Positions 25,138 through 39,070 are shown, counted from the first letter of the whole stretch. The stretch is DNA of 62,986 bases, filler included, from Octopus bimaculoides (GCF_001194135.2; 6 parts of 6 records of this genome joined end to end with filler, not necessarily neighbours in it); one strand, 5' to 3'. The notes: a model not told the origin generated them from the sequence alone. Made by a program: numbers and translations.

Positions 25138-26340
25138 AGTGGCGAGTCGGCAGGTTCGTTAGCACACCGAAAAAAATGCTTAACGGTATTTCTTATAACT
25201 TTATGACCAAATTCTGATGCAACCGCGGATCAAATGCTTCCTTTGCCTAAAATTATTTCGGGGTTGATAAAATAAGTACGAGTTGAACTCTGGGATAAAT
25301 GTATCGACTTTACCTTCCTTAAAAGCGTCTGACAGTCCAAAAATTTGATGAAGTATTATAGGCAGGAAGAGAGTGTTGGCTAAGATTTGTGGAGATGCTT
25401 TACGTGATTGAGTTTCGATTCATGCGTTGAGTTCAAATCTTACCGCGGTCAACTTTGCCATTATATCACTCAGGTATGGCCTAGCGAAACGCTTAGTGGT
25501 ACATCACTGTCCTTACGCTCTGACTGAAAATTCCGCCGAGATCGACTTTACTTTCTATCCTTTCGGAGTCAAAAAATTAAGTACCAGCTAAACAATGGGG
25601 TCGATGTAATCTACTGAAATATTTCTGGGTAAGTGTATAAAAACTGCACCCCTCTACCAAGTAATGATGAGCCGATAGGCAAAGTAGGCTCATCGAACCA
25701 CTATGATCTGACTCCCAAATTCCCGGCCTCCACATCAGATCATGGATGGTTGTGAGAACATGCCACATGTTGAGGCCTTCATCCTGCAATAGCCTGAACA
25801 TAGGCAATCCAATTCAATCTAATCATTCAGGTATCGATAAAAATCAAGATCCAGTTCAGGTATTGCTGTAAATGTAATAATCAATATCACAAATCCTTAA
25901 ATGTTAAGTTATATTAGAAATCAATATTACATATCGGGAAAAAATGTTATCGATTAGTAGAATCGGTAAAACATTGAACAAAATTGTCTGGAAGCATTTA
26001 GTATTGCACCATTCCATTCTGAGTTCAAATGCCACCGAGTTTAATTTTGTTTTGCTCATTGAAGATCCGTTAAATTAAATACCAGTCAAATTCTTGTAGC
26101 TGCAAGCCTACCTTAGAAATCGATCTTATATATTAGAAAAAGTCGGTAGAACGATAATCGATCGATCGAGAGAGGGAGAGAATTGGACAAAATGATGAAT
26201 CCAAATGCCACCCAGTTCAACTTTTTCATTAATCCTTCTGGAATCGATGAAATGGTAGTCAAATACTGGGATCGATAAAAATCGATTATAACACTGCCCC
26301 AAATTTCTGACCTTGTGTCTACGCTAGTAATCGATATTTT
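25138..26340 (+). mobile_element. Cluster of about five decayed SINE family B copies, head-to-tail
   Basis: Repeated ggcgagtcggcagg..gttagcac..ttcaaat..ccgcg/ccgag..gactttgcc..ataaaataagtac motifs at ~25138, 25370, 25480, 25970 and 26190. Confidence 0.75.
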
Positions 26341-27533
26341 ATATCGGAAAAAAAGGTAATAAGTTTCTGGAGATAGGTTGAGGAGGGAGATTATATTCAG
26401 TTGAACAACAGAAACATGATTGTATTCCATCGATAATTGTTGATGCTAGTGTTGTTATTGTTGTTGCAGTTTGTGCTGTTATGCTTGTTTAGCTCATGAA
26501 CAGGCTTGATCGAGGAAACTTATGTTCAAAATTTGTTCCATCCGTAATCAGTTTGCCTTCCTATTGCATGTAATGTACCTGTACATAGAACTGTTTTGAG
26601 GTATTTAGGTACCTACCTGCATTCAGGTAACTAAGCGCATGTAGAAATAGAAATGTATTGAGGTACCTAGATATCTATGTGTATCAAGGACTTAGTGTAC
26701 CTTCTATAATTGCTCCATACGTTACCAACTTGCATTTGGTTTAGGTAGTGCAACAGTTAATGTGTAAACAGTACATTCTTCAAAAAAATCAGATGTGGTT
26801 TGAAGGAAATATTCAAGCAGATCAAGCGGCAACACAGAGATTCCTTCATTCGCTCATTTAGTAGTAGTAGTAGTGGTGGTGGTGGTGGTGGTGGTGGTGA
26901 TGCTGGTGCTGATTGTGATATTTTTGATGTTTCTTTTTTTTTTTTTGCTTAGCCCTGATGCAGCAGATCTTTGATCAAACGTATTTTATCCATAAAAACT
27001 TAGCTGCCCTTTGGATACAATGTATCTTGGAATACATTATTTAACGTGACATATCTAAAAATGTATGATATGATTTTTAAAAGATTTTATTGCTATACTT
27101 AGTAAATTGAGCGTCTATATTTACTAAAAGTTCGCATTCTGGTTGGGAAGGCTGAAGAGCAAAACGCATCGATCCACAATTATTCAATTCATTTAATCTA
27201 ATCGTATGACGCCTTGGATACTCAGTTGCATAACGTCCCTTAATATATATTCACTTTGTAAGGATGTTCTCAATTCATTTCATAGAATCNNNNNNNNNNN
27301 NNNNNNNNNNNNNNNNNNNNNNNNNNNNNNNNNNNNNNNNNNNNNNNNNNNNNNNNNNNNNNNNNNNNNNNNNNNNNNNNNNNNNNNNNNNNNNNNNNNN
27401 NNNNNNNNNNNNNNNNNNNNNNNNNNNNNNNNNNNNNNNNNNNNNNNNNNNNNNNNNNNNNNNNNNNNNNNNNNNNNNNNNNNNNNNNNNNNNNNNNNNN
27501 NNNNNNNNNNNNNNNNNNNNNNNNNNNNNNNNN

Positions 27534-27830
27534 GGTTAGGGCAGTGGCCTCGCGGTCATAGCGTTGTGAGTGTTTATTGAGCGAAAACACCTAAAGCTCC
27601 ACGAGGCTCCGGCAGGAGATGGTGGCGAACCCTGCTGTACTCTTTCACCACAACTTTCTCTCACTCTTACTTCCTGTTTCTGTTGTACCTGTAATTCAAA
27701 GGGCCAGCCTTGTCACACTGTCACGCTGAATATCCCCGAGAACTACGTTAAGGGTACACGTGTCTGTGGAGTGCTCAGCCACTTGCACGTTAATTTCACG
27801 AGTAGGCTGTTCCAGCGACGGAGTGCCAAC
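27534..27830 (+). mobile_element. SINE family D, second copy (5' end lies in the gap)
   Basis: Near-identical to 19756-20120 apart from short indels. Confidence 0.9.
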
Positions 27831-29340
27831 ATCTTTTCATACTCTATTCTTAACTGTAAATTAATGTCTAGAGAACTTTAGTACTCCTTCGTTATTTGAC
27901 TCCCGAGGGAAATGATAACTGAAAGAGAATATATATGTAGCTGAGGGAGAAAATTTAATCTTATTTGCGTAACTGTAGTTTTGTGCACGTATGTGCTGCG
28001 ATTTTGAAATTCGTATTTTCACTCCACAAGTTTCTAACGAAGTGCAATCATCAGATAAATTGATCTTCTGTGAGTGGAAATATTGTTTCCAAGAGAAGGC
28101 AATCAAATGATTGGGATCATAGAACTTCAATGACAAAAACCGGGAAATTAAAATATTTACTTCTAACTCACGTATACAAATCCTTTTTGATTGGTCGTAG
28201 TCAAAAGAAAACTGCGGCCGCGCTGGGGCATAGCTTTAAATGCTTTTAGTCGATAATATCAAATATTGCTTGCTTTGGTCAGGTATTTATTTTATTGATT
28301 CTTAATAATGAACGACTGGATTATCACTGGACGTAAACAGATGCTGTTTGTCGCGACGTTTTTCATCCGTTCACAGAAACACATAAGCACATACATACTG
28401 CATACATGTACACTCACACACATATATACACACACAAATATATATATATAAGCATGTGTGTGTATATATATATATATATNNNNNNNNNNNNNNNNNNNNN
28501 NNNNNNNNNNNNNNNNNNNNNNNTTAATTAATTAANNNNNNNNNNNNNNNNNNNNNNNNNNNNNNNNNNNNNNNNNNNNAAAACTACTTAGAATTTTTGT
28601 GAGACGCTGCGTTCAATCATGTAAAAACAAAAGTAAATGAGTATATGCATATATACGTACAGGTATGTGCACACCGACATCCACCTGTATGTATAGGTGC
28701 ATATCTGGGTACAGGACATTGCAAACAAACGTAGACGAGAACACACGAGCCACATATATATATGTGTGTGTGTGTGTATGTATGTATGTGCGCACTTAAC
28801 GATATATTGATATATGTGTGTGTATGCGTGCTGACCGATTGTGTGTAAACCTTCGACAAAATACATTTAAATTCTCTTTGTATATAATGGAATGTAGATC
28901 TTAAAACAATTATTTTTATTTTCGTCTCCGTAAATTATAGTCGCAGCCGAAACAAATTAAGCAGGAGTGGATAGCCTTAAGTAGCTCAATATTACACATC
29001 TACGCACACCTGCATACGCATTAACAAACATGCACGCAGGTACAATATCTCTATATTTAGGTATGTATTCTTTTGCAGATATGTACGACATCACTCATAC
29101 ATCCACACTCAAGGGGACATTTGCAAATTTATCGCCTCGATTTTCGTTTTACTTTAGTGAATTCCTTTCTAGAGAAACAAACCTAAAATAGCCAACTTAA
29201 ATTGTAGTGTTTATATTTGATTATCGTTGGTGCTGTTTTGTTATTTTAAATCTCGTTTGTTTTAGGTTTGTAATATGTTCAGCTAAAATTGCTTTTTCTT
29301 TTTAGATATCATTAGAAAAAGGTAATAGAAATTCATTAAA

Positions 29341-30420
29341 ATGACAGATCTATCGGACTTTCAAAGAGGTAAAATTGTTGGTGCTCGCATGGCAGGCGCT
29401 AGCGTAAAGCAAACAGCTGAAATGTTTGGTGTATCAAGAAGTGCTGTCTCGAAAGTAATGACAGCCTTTGGGAAAGAGGGAAAAATCTCCTCGTCGAAAC
29501 AAAACTCCGGAATAAAACCAAAACATTCAGATATAGACTGTTGGACTCTTTCGCGAATTGTTAGAAAGGGTCACAAAAGTACAGCTCCCGAAATTACTAC
29601 AGAGCTCAATGACTACTTCGAGAACCAAGTTTCCACAAAAACTGTTAACGGGGAACTGCACAAAGCCGGATTTCACAGGAGGGCTGCAATAAAAAAACCA
29701 TTACTTTCCAAAACAAACGTTGCAAAACGTTTAGAGTGGAGTAAAAACCTACAGAATTGGTCTCCAGAACAGTGGAAGAATGTTATTTTCTCGGACAAGC
29801 AATCTTTTACGTTATTTCTGACCACTGGCCGAGTATACGTGTGGACACAGCAAAAAGAAGCATTTGATCAAGACCACCTTCTTGCAACAGTTACACATGG
29901 CCGAGGGTCTGTGATAATCTGGGTGGGGAGCTATATCCTCGAAATCCACCGGCCCAATGGTTTCCCTTCATGGTAAAATTGATAGTCAAGACTAGTTAAG
30001 CATTTTATCTGATCAAATTCATCCTATGGTTGCAGAACTATTTCCGTAGTGAAACGCAATCTTTCAGGATGATAATGCACCAATTAACACATCTACTGAA
30101 TGGCACGAGGAACATTATAGTGAAGTTGAACATATTATCTGGCCACCACAGTCTACAGATCTCAATATTATTGAACATTAATGATGCATTTTAGAAAAAA
30201 CAAGTAAGGAGTCGACATCTTCCACCATCATCATTACAAGAACTGGAGACTGTTTTAGCTGAAGAATGTACAAAAGTTACTTTGGAAACAATTCAGACTT
30301 TGTACGAGTCTATACCTTGTAGAATTCAAGCTATAATTACTGCCAAAGGCGGTCTAACCCCATGTTAAAATTAATTTGTTTGAAATTTAAAGGTGTTTCC
30401 ATCATTTTGTCCAACCCCTG
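29341..30420 (+). mobile_element. Decayed Tc1-like transposon, near-complete transposase pseudogene, right TIR present
   Basis: ORF 29341-29976 MTDLSDFQRGKIVGARMAG..WKNVIFSD..GRVYVW..VTHGRGSVIIW, then frameshifted ..IFQDDNAP..WPPQSTDLNIIEH (D at 30071-30073, E at 30173-30175). Right end ggtgtttccatcattttgtccaacccctg-TA; left TIR not found. Confidence 0.92.
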
Positions 30421-30639
30421 TATATATCAGAGTGTATATGAATGGGTGTATGTATGCATGTCTAAGTTTATGTCTGCGTTGAATTTTTGGGGGCTGTGTA
30501 AGAGGGAGAAGAAAGAAAAAAGATAAAAACAAAAGAAAGACAGGACAAGATAATAAAAAAGAAAGAAAGAACGAATAAATGAAAGAAAAAAGAAAGTAGG
30601 TAAAAAAGGGGGAGAGAAGGGCGTCATTTTGTGTGATTG

Positions 30640-31480
30640 TTGAAATTGTATTCTTTGGGTGGTTATCTTGCTACCGAGGTTTTGACTGTGGTCTTGTTCT
30701 GGGATGGTTGAGGTTGATGAGCATTTAAGAAGTCAAAGTCAATTAGTCTCAAATAAATTGTTTTGAAGAATTTTCTCGAAATTTACTGTCAATTTGTTCT
30801 GCAATTTTAAGCAAATATGACTGCATTCATGATTTTGATTCTTCCTTCATATCGTGGTTTTCGTGATTGGAGAATGGATAATGCACGTATGTTCGTCTCT
30901 TCTAGTTTTTCACCCTCTGTTTCCCTAATTTGTTTCCCCAGTGATTTTCTGGGGCGAATTCCTGTTAGTTTTGATTCACCGGTTTTTGGTAGGTTTTATC
31001 ACACCGAATGCTTTTCCACTATATTTATTTGCGTTGATTGAAAGTTTTATTTGAGAATTGTGGTTTTATTAGCATTTTTTTTTATATATCAACTTTTGTT
31101 TCATTTTTCTAAACTTGTCTTTGCGATAGGCTTTGTTCAATGATACATTGTATCGTTTGTTTTGATCGCTATAGTATCTTTAATGAGGTTTTTTGTGCAT
31201 GAATATCATTCACAGCTTTATTTGTAGCAGAAAATATTGTGCCTAGTTTTCAGATGAGTAGTTTTAGGTTACAAGTTATATCTGTGAGGAGTTCCTGCAT
31301 GTTTCTGGTATCTCTAGTTTGTGAGTTTGATGGTAACCCTTTCAAAATGATGGCTTGTACATCCGGAAAAATATGTACAGACTGTTTAAAGTGGAATGCA
31401 GAGTTTATATATCAAGATTTAGAAGTTATTCAGAAGGTATTTGGAAAGTATTTTGGATAATCATTTATTTAGAGCTTTTA
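30640..31480 (-). mobile_element. Possible decayed LINE ORF1-like or other retroelement fragment
   Basis: Coding-like composition and peptide VQAIILKGLPSNSQTRDTRNMQELLTDIT; no diagnostic motif recognised. Confidence 0.25.
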
Positions 31481-32289
31481 TCACATTTCAGAGATTCATC
31501 ATTGAGAGAAAGGAAATGACGATGTACAAATATTCAATAATATTCTAAATACCTTTTAGCTATCAATCAAGTACACGACATAAACCAGTCACAATGACTT
31601 ACTATTCCTAACTATTCACATAAAGATAAGCGTCTCCATAGTAACAACAGATATATTTTACATGACTGACGCAAATCAGTTTTTTTACCTTCTACTCGTA
31701 TCATCTCTCACACATTAAAAGGAACATTCCGTATAGTATAGCAAGACGTATCTGTGAAGAAGTAATTGATTAAATGTACGTCAGGTTCGACTCAATGAAC
31801 GCAAAGGAATTCTAAAATTAACAGAGTTATCGCTTGAATTATCCCTTAAAAGCAGGCATCGTTCAACTGAGGCCTCCCATACAAATATTGAACAAGATTT
31901 TAGTACATTTATGAATACAAAAAGTGAAGGAATGACCGAAATCTTACTAGCTATAAACGCAAATCCACTAACACACTTACAAAACCCATTAAATGGTAAT
32001 TCCAATTAATTAACATTTTATACTATACAGTAGACGTTAGTCAAAAACATGAAATAAAACATGAAATAAAACATGAAATAAATCTCACATGGGTAACATT
32101 TACATCAGAGGATAAATGAAAATTATTCCCGAAAACTATGAAGATAACAGATGTAGAACATGTCACATGAACGGCGACTTCAGATATTAGGACAAAGGTT
32201 CCCAGCCAATATTTTAAATGGTTCCCCTATCAGATAAGAACAAATATGAACTACAAAACACAGGCTATTATATACTGCCCCAAAATATC

Positions 32290-32580
32290 GTCAAGTTACA
32301 AACTCTCTATGTAACATGACGTTGTTGCAATGACAATATACAATGCCATTCGTAAAAAAGACTGTTCTGGAATGAGTATAGAGAATCACCCTATTATTGA
32401 AGAAATATTATTGTTTAGGACACACAATAAAATATATGTACACATATACCAGTACAAGAAATGCTGGTGAAACATTTCCATCTATACAACATCTATCAAG
32501 TGTAAGCATAATGTGCCAGATATCATTGTTTAGGACACACAAGAAAAGATATGTACCGTCATAGGGGTTAACTGGGAATT
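32290..32580 (+). mobile_element. Dong/R4 fragment (post-knuckle region and start of the restriction-like endonuclease)
   Basis: HDVVAMTIYNAIRKKD, then frameshifted WWNISIYTTSIKCKHNVPDIIV*DTQEKICTVI (PD..D-type RLE motif). Confidence 0.75.
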
Positions 32581-34162
32581 CTGCTTTTCTGTATATTGCT
32601 ACGCGTGTGTGTATATATATGTTGCTGTACTAAGTCGCTGCTTGTACACGCATGTGAAAATACTCGTCAATTTATACTAAGCAATATCGTTGCTGATGAG
32701 ATCAGTAAATATTAATTTTTTTTACTTTAAGCTTGAAACAGGATCTTGTGCACGGTTAACCAAATGTTTAATTCATTATCTTTCTTTTGCCCGATTACAA
32801 CCCGTGTTTAATTTTTTCGGAGTGTTTTTTGAGGTGGTAATAGCTTCTTTTAGCGTCTACTTTTCTAGCGCGTGAAAAAACTGCTTTTGTTGAAAGACAT
32901 TACCTGCTGAAGAATCAGTAGGAAACATTGAGCGTTGGAAACATTGCGTTCGGGATTGTGGATAAGTTCGGGAGAACGAAGATATGAACGGTGAAAACAT
33001 CAAAGAGAATACCGACGCTGAGTCAAAATTTACAACTGCAATAGAATTTAACAGTAAATAGAAGAGGAAAATATTTTGAAATAAATAAGTCTTGGGTCTT
33101 ACATATTCACTGCATCTCCAGTAAATAACAAGGAAGGTGAGTGAAGAGATTAGAAATTCTGAAATGAAAGAAAATAAATGCGCACGATGTAATAACCGAT
33201 GTAATGATAATAGTAAATGAAAAATAAATAATGCTAAAGTATGTATGAATTAATGAACAGCTCCACCATAGTATATATATATAGATATATATATATATAT
33301 CATTATAACATACATATATAAGAAGAAAGACATGAAAACAATTGGTGTGAAATTAGGTGCAAATTAATAAAAAATGTTAGATGAATGGAGTAAATACATG
33401 CATTGATGAAAGATGGTGCAAAGATAATGGTTAGTAGATTTAAGATGCGGGTATGTTATGATAGTATAATTTGGCGAGTTATTAGTCTAGTGTAGATGCT
33501 TCGAATTGGTCTGATAGATTAAGGTTCGTTGATTGACATGGATATTGTATGCATGAACTATGATGTATAAAATTGCAGGGAAACTGTTGATAGTGATTAG
33601 AATGAAGAAAAGAAGGTTTTTATCGTAATTAAAATTCGATGTTAGTGAATTTCATTTGAGAAATGAAAATGTCAAGAGATTATATTGGCCTGACTTGAGA
33701 TGACATTAGAGTATATACAGGTAGGTGGGGTTTAACATATGAGATATGGATTCATTTTCATTTTTAATCTTATAGGATTGAGAATCGCCCTGGAGTTTAT
33801 TCTTATGCAAGGTAACAACTCAACGTTACGCTATTTTTATGCAACCTAACACATCAACGTTAAGTTTTATTTTATGCATCCTAACATCTCAACGTTAATC
33901 TTACGTTTTACTATAGTAAACGAAATAAAATGGTAAATTACATAACAATCATTTCTACCTTCAAAAAATCTTTAATAAATCTTACAATAAAACTTTAAAT
34001 CCCTAAGTATTTGTAATATAAAGCCAACCTTGATATATTCTTTCTCACCCTGAATCTCCTTGAGAATTGCATTAAGTGTACATGTGTATGTTGAGTAATA
34101 AGCCGCTTGCAGGTTAGTTTCACGTGCAGGCTGTACCGTTAATTGGATTATCTGGGACTCAC

Positions 34163-34190
34163 GTCCTCGGAACATCATACTTAGTAGTCT
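34163..34190 (-). other. Candidate 28-nt microexon, possibly start-codon-containing (ATG ATG TTC CGA GGA C)
   Basis: Minus strand TACTAAC (34213-34207) ttggattacttct CAG | AGACTACTAAGTATGATGTTCCGAGGAC | GTGAGT: perfect branch point 18 nt from the exon and a canonical donor. Confidence 0.45.
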
Positions 34191-34743
34191 CTGAGAAGTA
34201 ATCCAAGTTAGTATTTATATTTATGAAGCAATACTTGTGAAGAAATACAACAGCGAGGTGTCCTTCTGTACGTATTACCGACAACGCTAACCCTCCACCT
34301 TAGTCCTTTCCTATATTTATCTAGCTAGGAAAAATTAAAAGAAAACCGTGATTTTAAAACCGAATGAAAGTTGTACTTTTGGCGGTAGATTTCTGACATT
34401 TCTCCCTATGCTCTAAGGATTCTGTCATAGAGCTGTCATATTATTCTTGAACTCTGTTGACCAGGTCACATGAAGATTCAAATATTTTGGAATGGTAGTA
34501 GTTGTACGTATGGAAATATACGAACACGTAACACTACAGATAAGAATATAATGTAGCTGGTCAACGCTTACATTCATGGTATGTTGTTTGTAATTTCCCA
34601 TTCCAGACAAAGGTAAAATATAACTGTCTCAAGTGTTTACACTTATAACAAATAATTGAATAAATACGCTTTTTGTCTTAAGACACGCAAGTGAGTACAC
34701 GCATATGTACATATATACTTACATATACATAAATATATGACGG

Positions 34744-34801
<58 letters not shown>

Positions 34802-35193
34802 NNNNNNNNNNNNNNNNNNNNNNNNNNNNNNNNNNNNNNNNNNNNNNNNNNNNNNNNNNNNNNNNNNNNNNNNNNNNNNNNNNNNNNNNNNNNNNNNNNN
34901 NNNNNNNNNNNNNNNNNNNNNNNNNNNNNNNNNNNNNNNNNNNNNNNNNNNNNNNNNNNNNNNNNNNNNNNNNNNNNNNNNNNNNNNNNNNNNNNNNNNN
35001 NNNNNNNNNNNNNNNNNNNNNNNNNNNNNNNNNNNNNNNNNNNNNNNNNNNNNNNNNNNNNNNNNNNNNNNNNNNNNNNNNNNNNNNNNNNNNNNNNNNN
35101 NNNNNNNNNNNNNNNNNNNNNNNNNNNNNNNNNNNNNNNNNNNNNNNNNNNNNNNNNNNNNNNNNNNNNNNNNNNNNNNNNNNNNNNNNNNNN

Positions 35194-35260
<67 letters not shown>

Positions 35261-35599
35261 GAGAGAGAGAGAGACATGTATGTATGTTTGTATGCACAAG
35301 TATTAAAAGGCAGTCAGTCAGAGCGTGATTCTGTGTCTGCTCTTTTGTCTTTTTATAAAAGTTAAGTATATTGTTAGTTACAATAGAGCTGAATAGGTTT
35401 TGTATAGAAGATACGAAGTATTTGTTTCAAACTGTAAATATTTTCATAATATAACTTCAATTAACACCAACAGTATGAGGATTTTTTTTACTACGTAAAT
35501 CATATTGTTTTTCTTCTATTTTATTAGAAGACAAAACAAAGTTTCCCCTCTTTCTTGAATGAGTATATTGAATGTGTTTACACTTTCTCTAAGGAAGCA

Positions 35600-36260
35600 T
35601 TCATAGTATTTGATTTTTGATTCTTTATTGTTTTGTTTAATTGGACTTCAAACTATTAATATCGAAAGTTTTGTCCATAACCATTTATGTGGAGTGACTA
35701 GTATATACAATAGAGATATTAAATGATTTTTTTCTCTTTATTACATTTGCTTCTTATGTTATTGATATTGTTAAAGTTTACTCACTACCATATGATGCCG
35801 AACGATATTAATCTGAAATCTGATAGTGAAGAAATGACTAGGATTTTTGGTTTCGGTAATTCTCAATATATCTCTCCACAATTTAGGATGGATTTTAAGT
35901 AGATAAAGTTACGATGATAGGTATTTGAAGGTGCAATGATTTTTCCCATGTTGATGTATTGATATACAAAAGCATAGATTTCGAACAAGTGGAAGATAGT
36001 CCAATATGTAGCCCCTCAACCCTCTGCGAATGAGAACTGAAAGCTTCTTGTATAACTAGTTATTCTTTTTAAAATAGGATACACTAGATAATACAGCACT
36101 GGATATAGTCCTGAATTGCCGTGTCTGGAAAGTATTTGACCATTAAAAGGGAATTGCAAGTCGGTAATTTTTCAAGTAAACTTAGATCAAATCTCACCTT
36201 GGATGTTGCAAGAGTATAAGTATTCAATAAAGAATTACAGTTACTTTCGTTTTATTTTAT
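35600..36260 (-). mobile_element. Possible heavily decayed Penelope-like RT fragment
   Basis: FNGQ.. and LYINTST..LH..YHRNFI loosely resemble the PLE FNG..Y.Q and LY.KPT..YLH..S.HP motifs. Confidence 0.25.
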
Positions 36261-36329
36261 TAACAAATATAATCTGTTTCTCCAATAATTATCTCAGAAA
36301 CTTTGCTTTATCTCATGTACTATAATTAT

Positions 36330-36870
36330 ATTAACCTTATATATGTTAGGTCCACCGCTAGACAAATACCTCAGCACGACCTCTCAACCAACCATAGTCT
36401 GATGTTTTCCACATACATGTTTGAATTCCGAAGAATTAAAAAAAAATTCCTTACGAATTCTGCATGGTATCCAACTACGTTTTTCCTGGACGTTCTATTC
36501 CATTTTCTCAATATGCTATCCCATCTCTCATCATTTCTTCTAACCACGTCCCACAACAGACCAACTGCGATTTTTTATTCGTTAAACCTGTTGTCACACT
36601 TAATCTGTTATATCTTCACATATACCTCTTACTAATATTCAGCATTCTCCTACTCATGTCTGAGTTGATCTCAATTTATTCCCAATGCCATTCGTAGTCC
36701 ATGTTTCCGATGCATACATAATAGTAGACAGCAAACACTGGCTGAATACCTTCCTTTTTAGACAAATTTGCAAGTTATTACTCATGATGTGATTTCACCT
36801 AATCTAAATTCTGCTCATACCTAAACACTACTTCACTCTAACGCTTCGAAGATAATAACGTTTTATATGA
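36330..36870 (-). mobile_element. RTE-clade LINE, C-terminal RT region, decayed
   Basis: LKRKVFSQCLLSTIMYASETWTT..KLRSTQ and VVRRNDERWDSILRKW..RKNVVG match RTE LKRKVF..C.LP.MTYGSETW and GHV.RR.D.RW. Confidence 0.8.
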
Positions 36871-38525
36871 CAACAAGGATTAAACATTAATTTAATCATT
36901 AACGAATTACATAGACAGGTTTTCGAAGGTTGCAATATACAGATAACTTGAATTCACTTCGGTGTTAGGTGGATACAAGTAGTTACTGATAGGTATGAGC
37001 ATGGAAATCTTCGTAAGTTGAACTTCAAGATAGCAAGAAAAACGCTGAAATATAGTGTTTACTGATAATGACAACTGAATCGCTTGCCAGTTGTCACATG
37101 ATCTGGAAACTGACTAGAATCCGGATGTAAGAAGCATTGCGTTCAAGTGTACCACATCGGGAATGACATTACGGCACTTATGATATATAGAAATATACGC
37201 GCTGCATCTGGCATTGCTCGTTATAAAAATTGTATTCAATAAATGATGATGATGATGATGACGGTAACGATGATGATAATTCGGTTGATGCTTAAAGCTA
37301 TGAGGATAGATAGGATGTAGATTATTAAATTGAAGGCAATACATCGCTGGTACTACACCATCGACTCCAAAATGTTGCAATGCCTGGTCTATTAAACAAA
37401 GGATTTGAATTCAGAACTTAAAGGGAGGTGAAATAGACATCTTACATGTTATCGTATATTCTACCAATACTGTCATTAGCAATTGCATCTCCATACCTGG
37501 TAGACTTACGGAAATAAGTAATTAATTGATAGATGTACTACTGGATTATGCGAAGGAATACGCCATAGTCATAGGAGTCAAAATAATCACCATGAGGGGA
37601 GGTACGAGGTACAAAAGTGAGTCATTACAACAAAATCAATGACGAAACAATGTTTCTTCGAAAGAACCATCTGTTTTATTCCTTTAATGGAGAAGTATGA
37701 TGAAACGTGCGTATATATGTCTTTAAATGAATATCTATTTTAAAGGGTGTTATGTAGATAAATCGAATGATCGATGGCTAGATCGATTGGTGCGTAGAAG
37801 ACATTGAGAGAGAAAGAGAAGGGGGATAGCTTTTGAGAGAGAGATACACACACGAATGATATCAAATGTTTATGGTCTCAGTGTTTGCTATTTTACAAAA
37901 TTTATTCTCAATTGTATCGTAAGCCCGCAGCAGGAAGGCATGTTCAATGTAGGCGCAGCGGAATGTAAATCACAAAGAAAGGAAATATAGTTACTAGAGA
38001 GCGATATTAACACAGAAACACTCGAACATACATCTTTTCTACACTCTCTCTCCCCCTCTTTCTCTCTCTTTCCGACCATCTGTCTCTATCTCTGTCTGTA
38101 TATATGTATGTGTGTGTGTTTGGTTGTGTGTGAATGTTTACGTTAATCATTTCATTACCGCTACTACAATATTATCTTCAAGAAAGTTATCTTTAATTAT
38201 TACCCTGAGCGTCAGCCCAGAACGACAAAAATAAACCAGACAAAATGTTCATATTTCTGAGATTTATTACATAAAAAATGTTATAAAATTGACTTACATT
38301 AAAATTATTACTCACATGATTATATATAAATTGCAATAAATAAACAAATATATCCCGGATAAAGACCATACACAAAAAGAAGTCACTTCTCTACGAATCT
38401 TACAGTTATACTATAAAATGTAACATACATGTATGAATGAATGGATGGATTGATGGTTGGATGGATAGATGGATACATGTATGGCAATATGAATATATGT
38501 GTACAGTTTGTATTTCATTCTTGAT

Positions 38526-38562
<37 letters not shown>

Positions 38563-39001
38563 GAAAATATCGTAAGGAAAACAATGCCGATATCGCAGGT
38601 GGGATATACCTCAAGTTGTGATGATACCCTCCATCTAATGAAAGAATATTCACAGCGATATTCCTTTAGTGAACATTGGATTGCTCANNNNNNNNNNNNN
38701 NNNNNNNNNNNNNNNNNNNNNNNNNNNNNNNNNNNNNNNNNNNNNNNNNNNNNNNNNNNNNNNNNNNNNNNNNNNNNNNNNNNNNNNNNNNNNNNNNNNN
38801 NNNNNNNNNNNNNNNNNNNNNNNNNNNNNNNNNNNNNNNNNNNNNNNNNNNNNNNNNNNNNNNNNNNNNNNNNNNNNNNNNNNNNNNNNNNNNNNNNNNN
38901 NNNNNNNNNNNNNNNNNNNNNNNNNNNNNNNNNNNNNNNNNNNNNNNNNNNNNNNNNNNNNNNNNNNNNNNNNNNNNNNNNNNNNNNNNNNNNNNNNNNN
39001 N

Positions 39002-39070
<69 letters not shown>

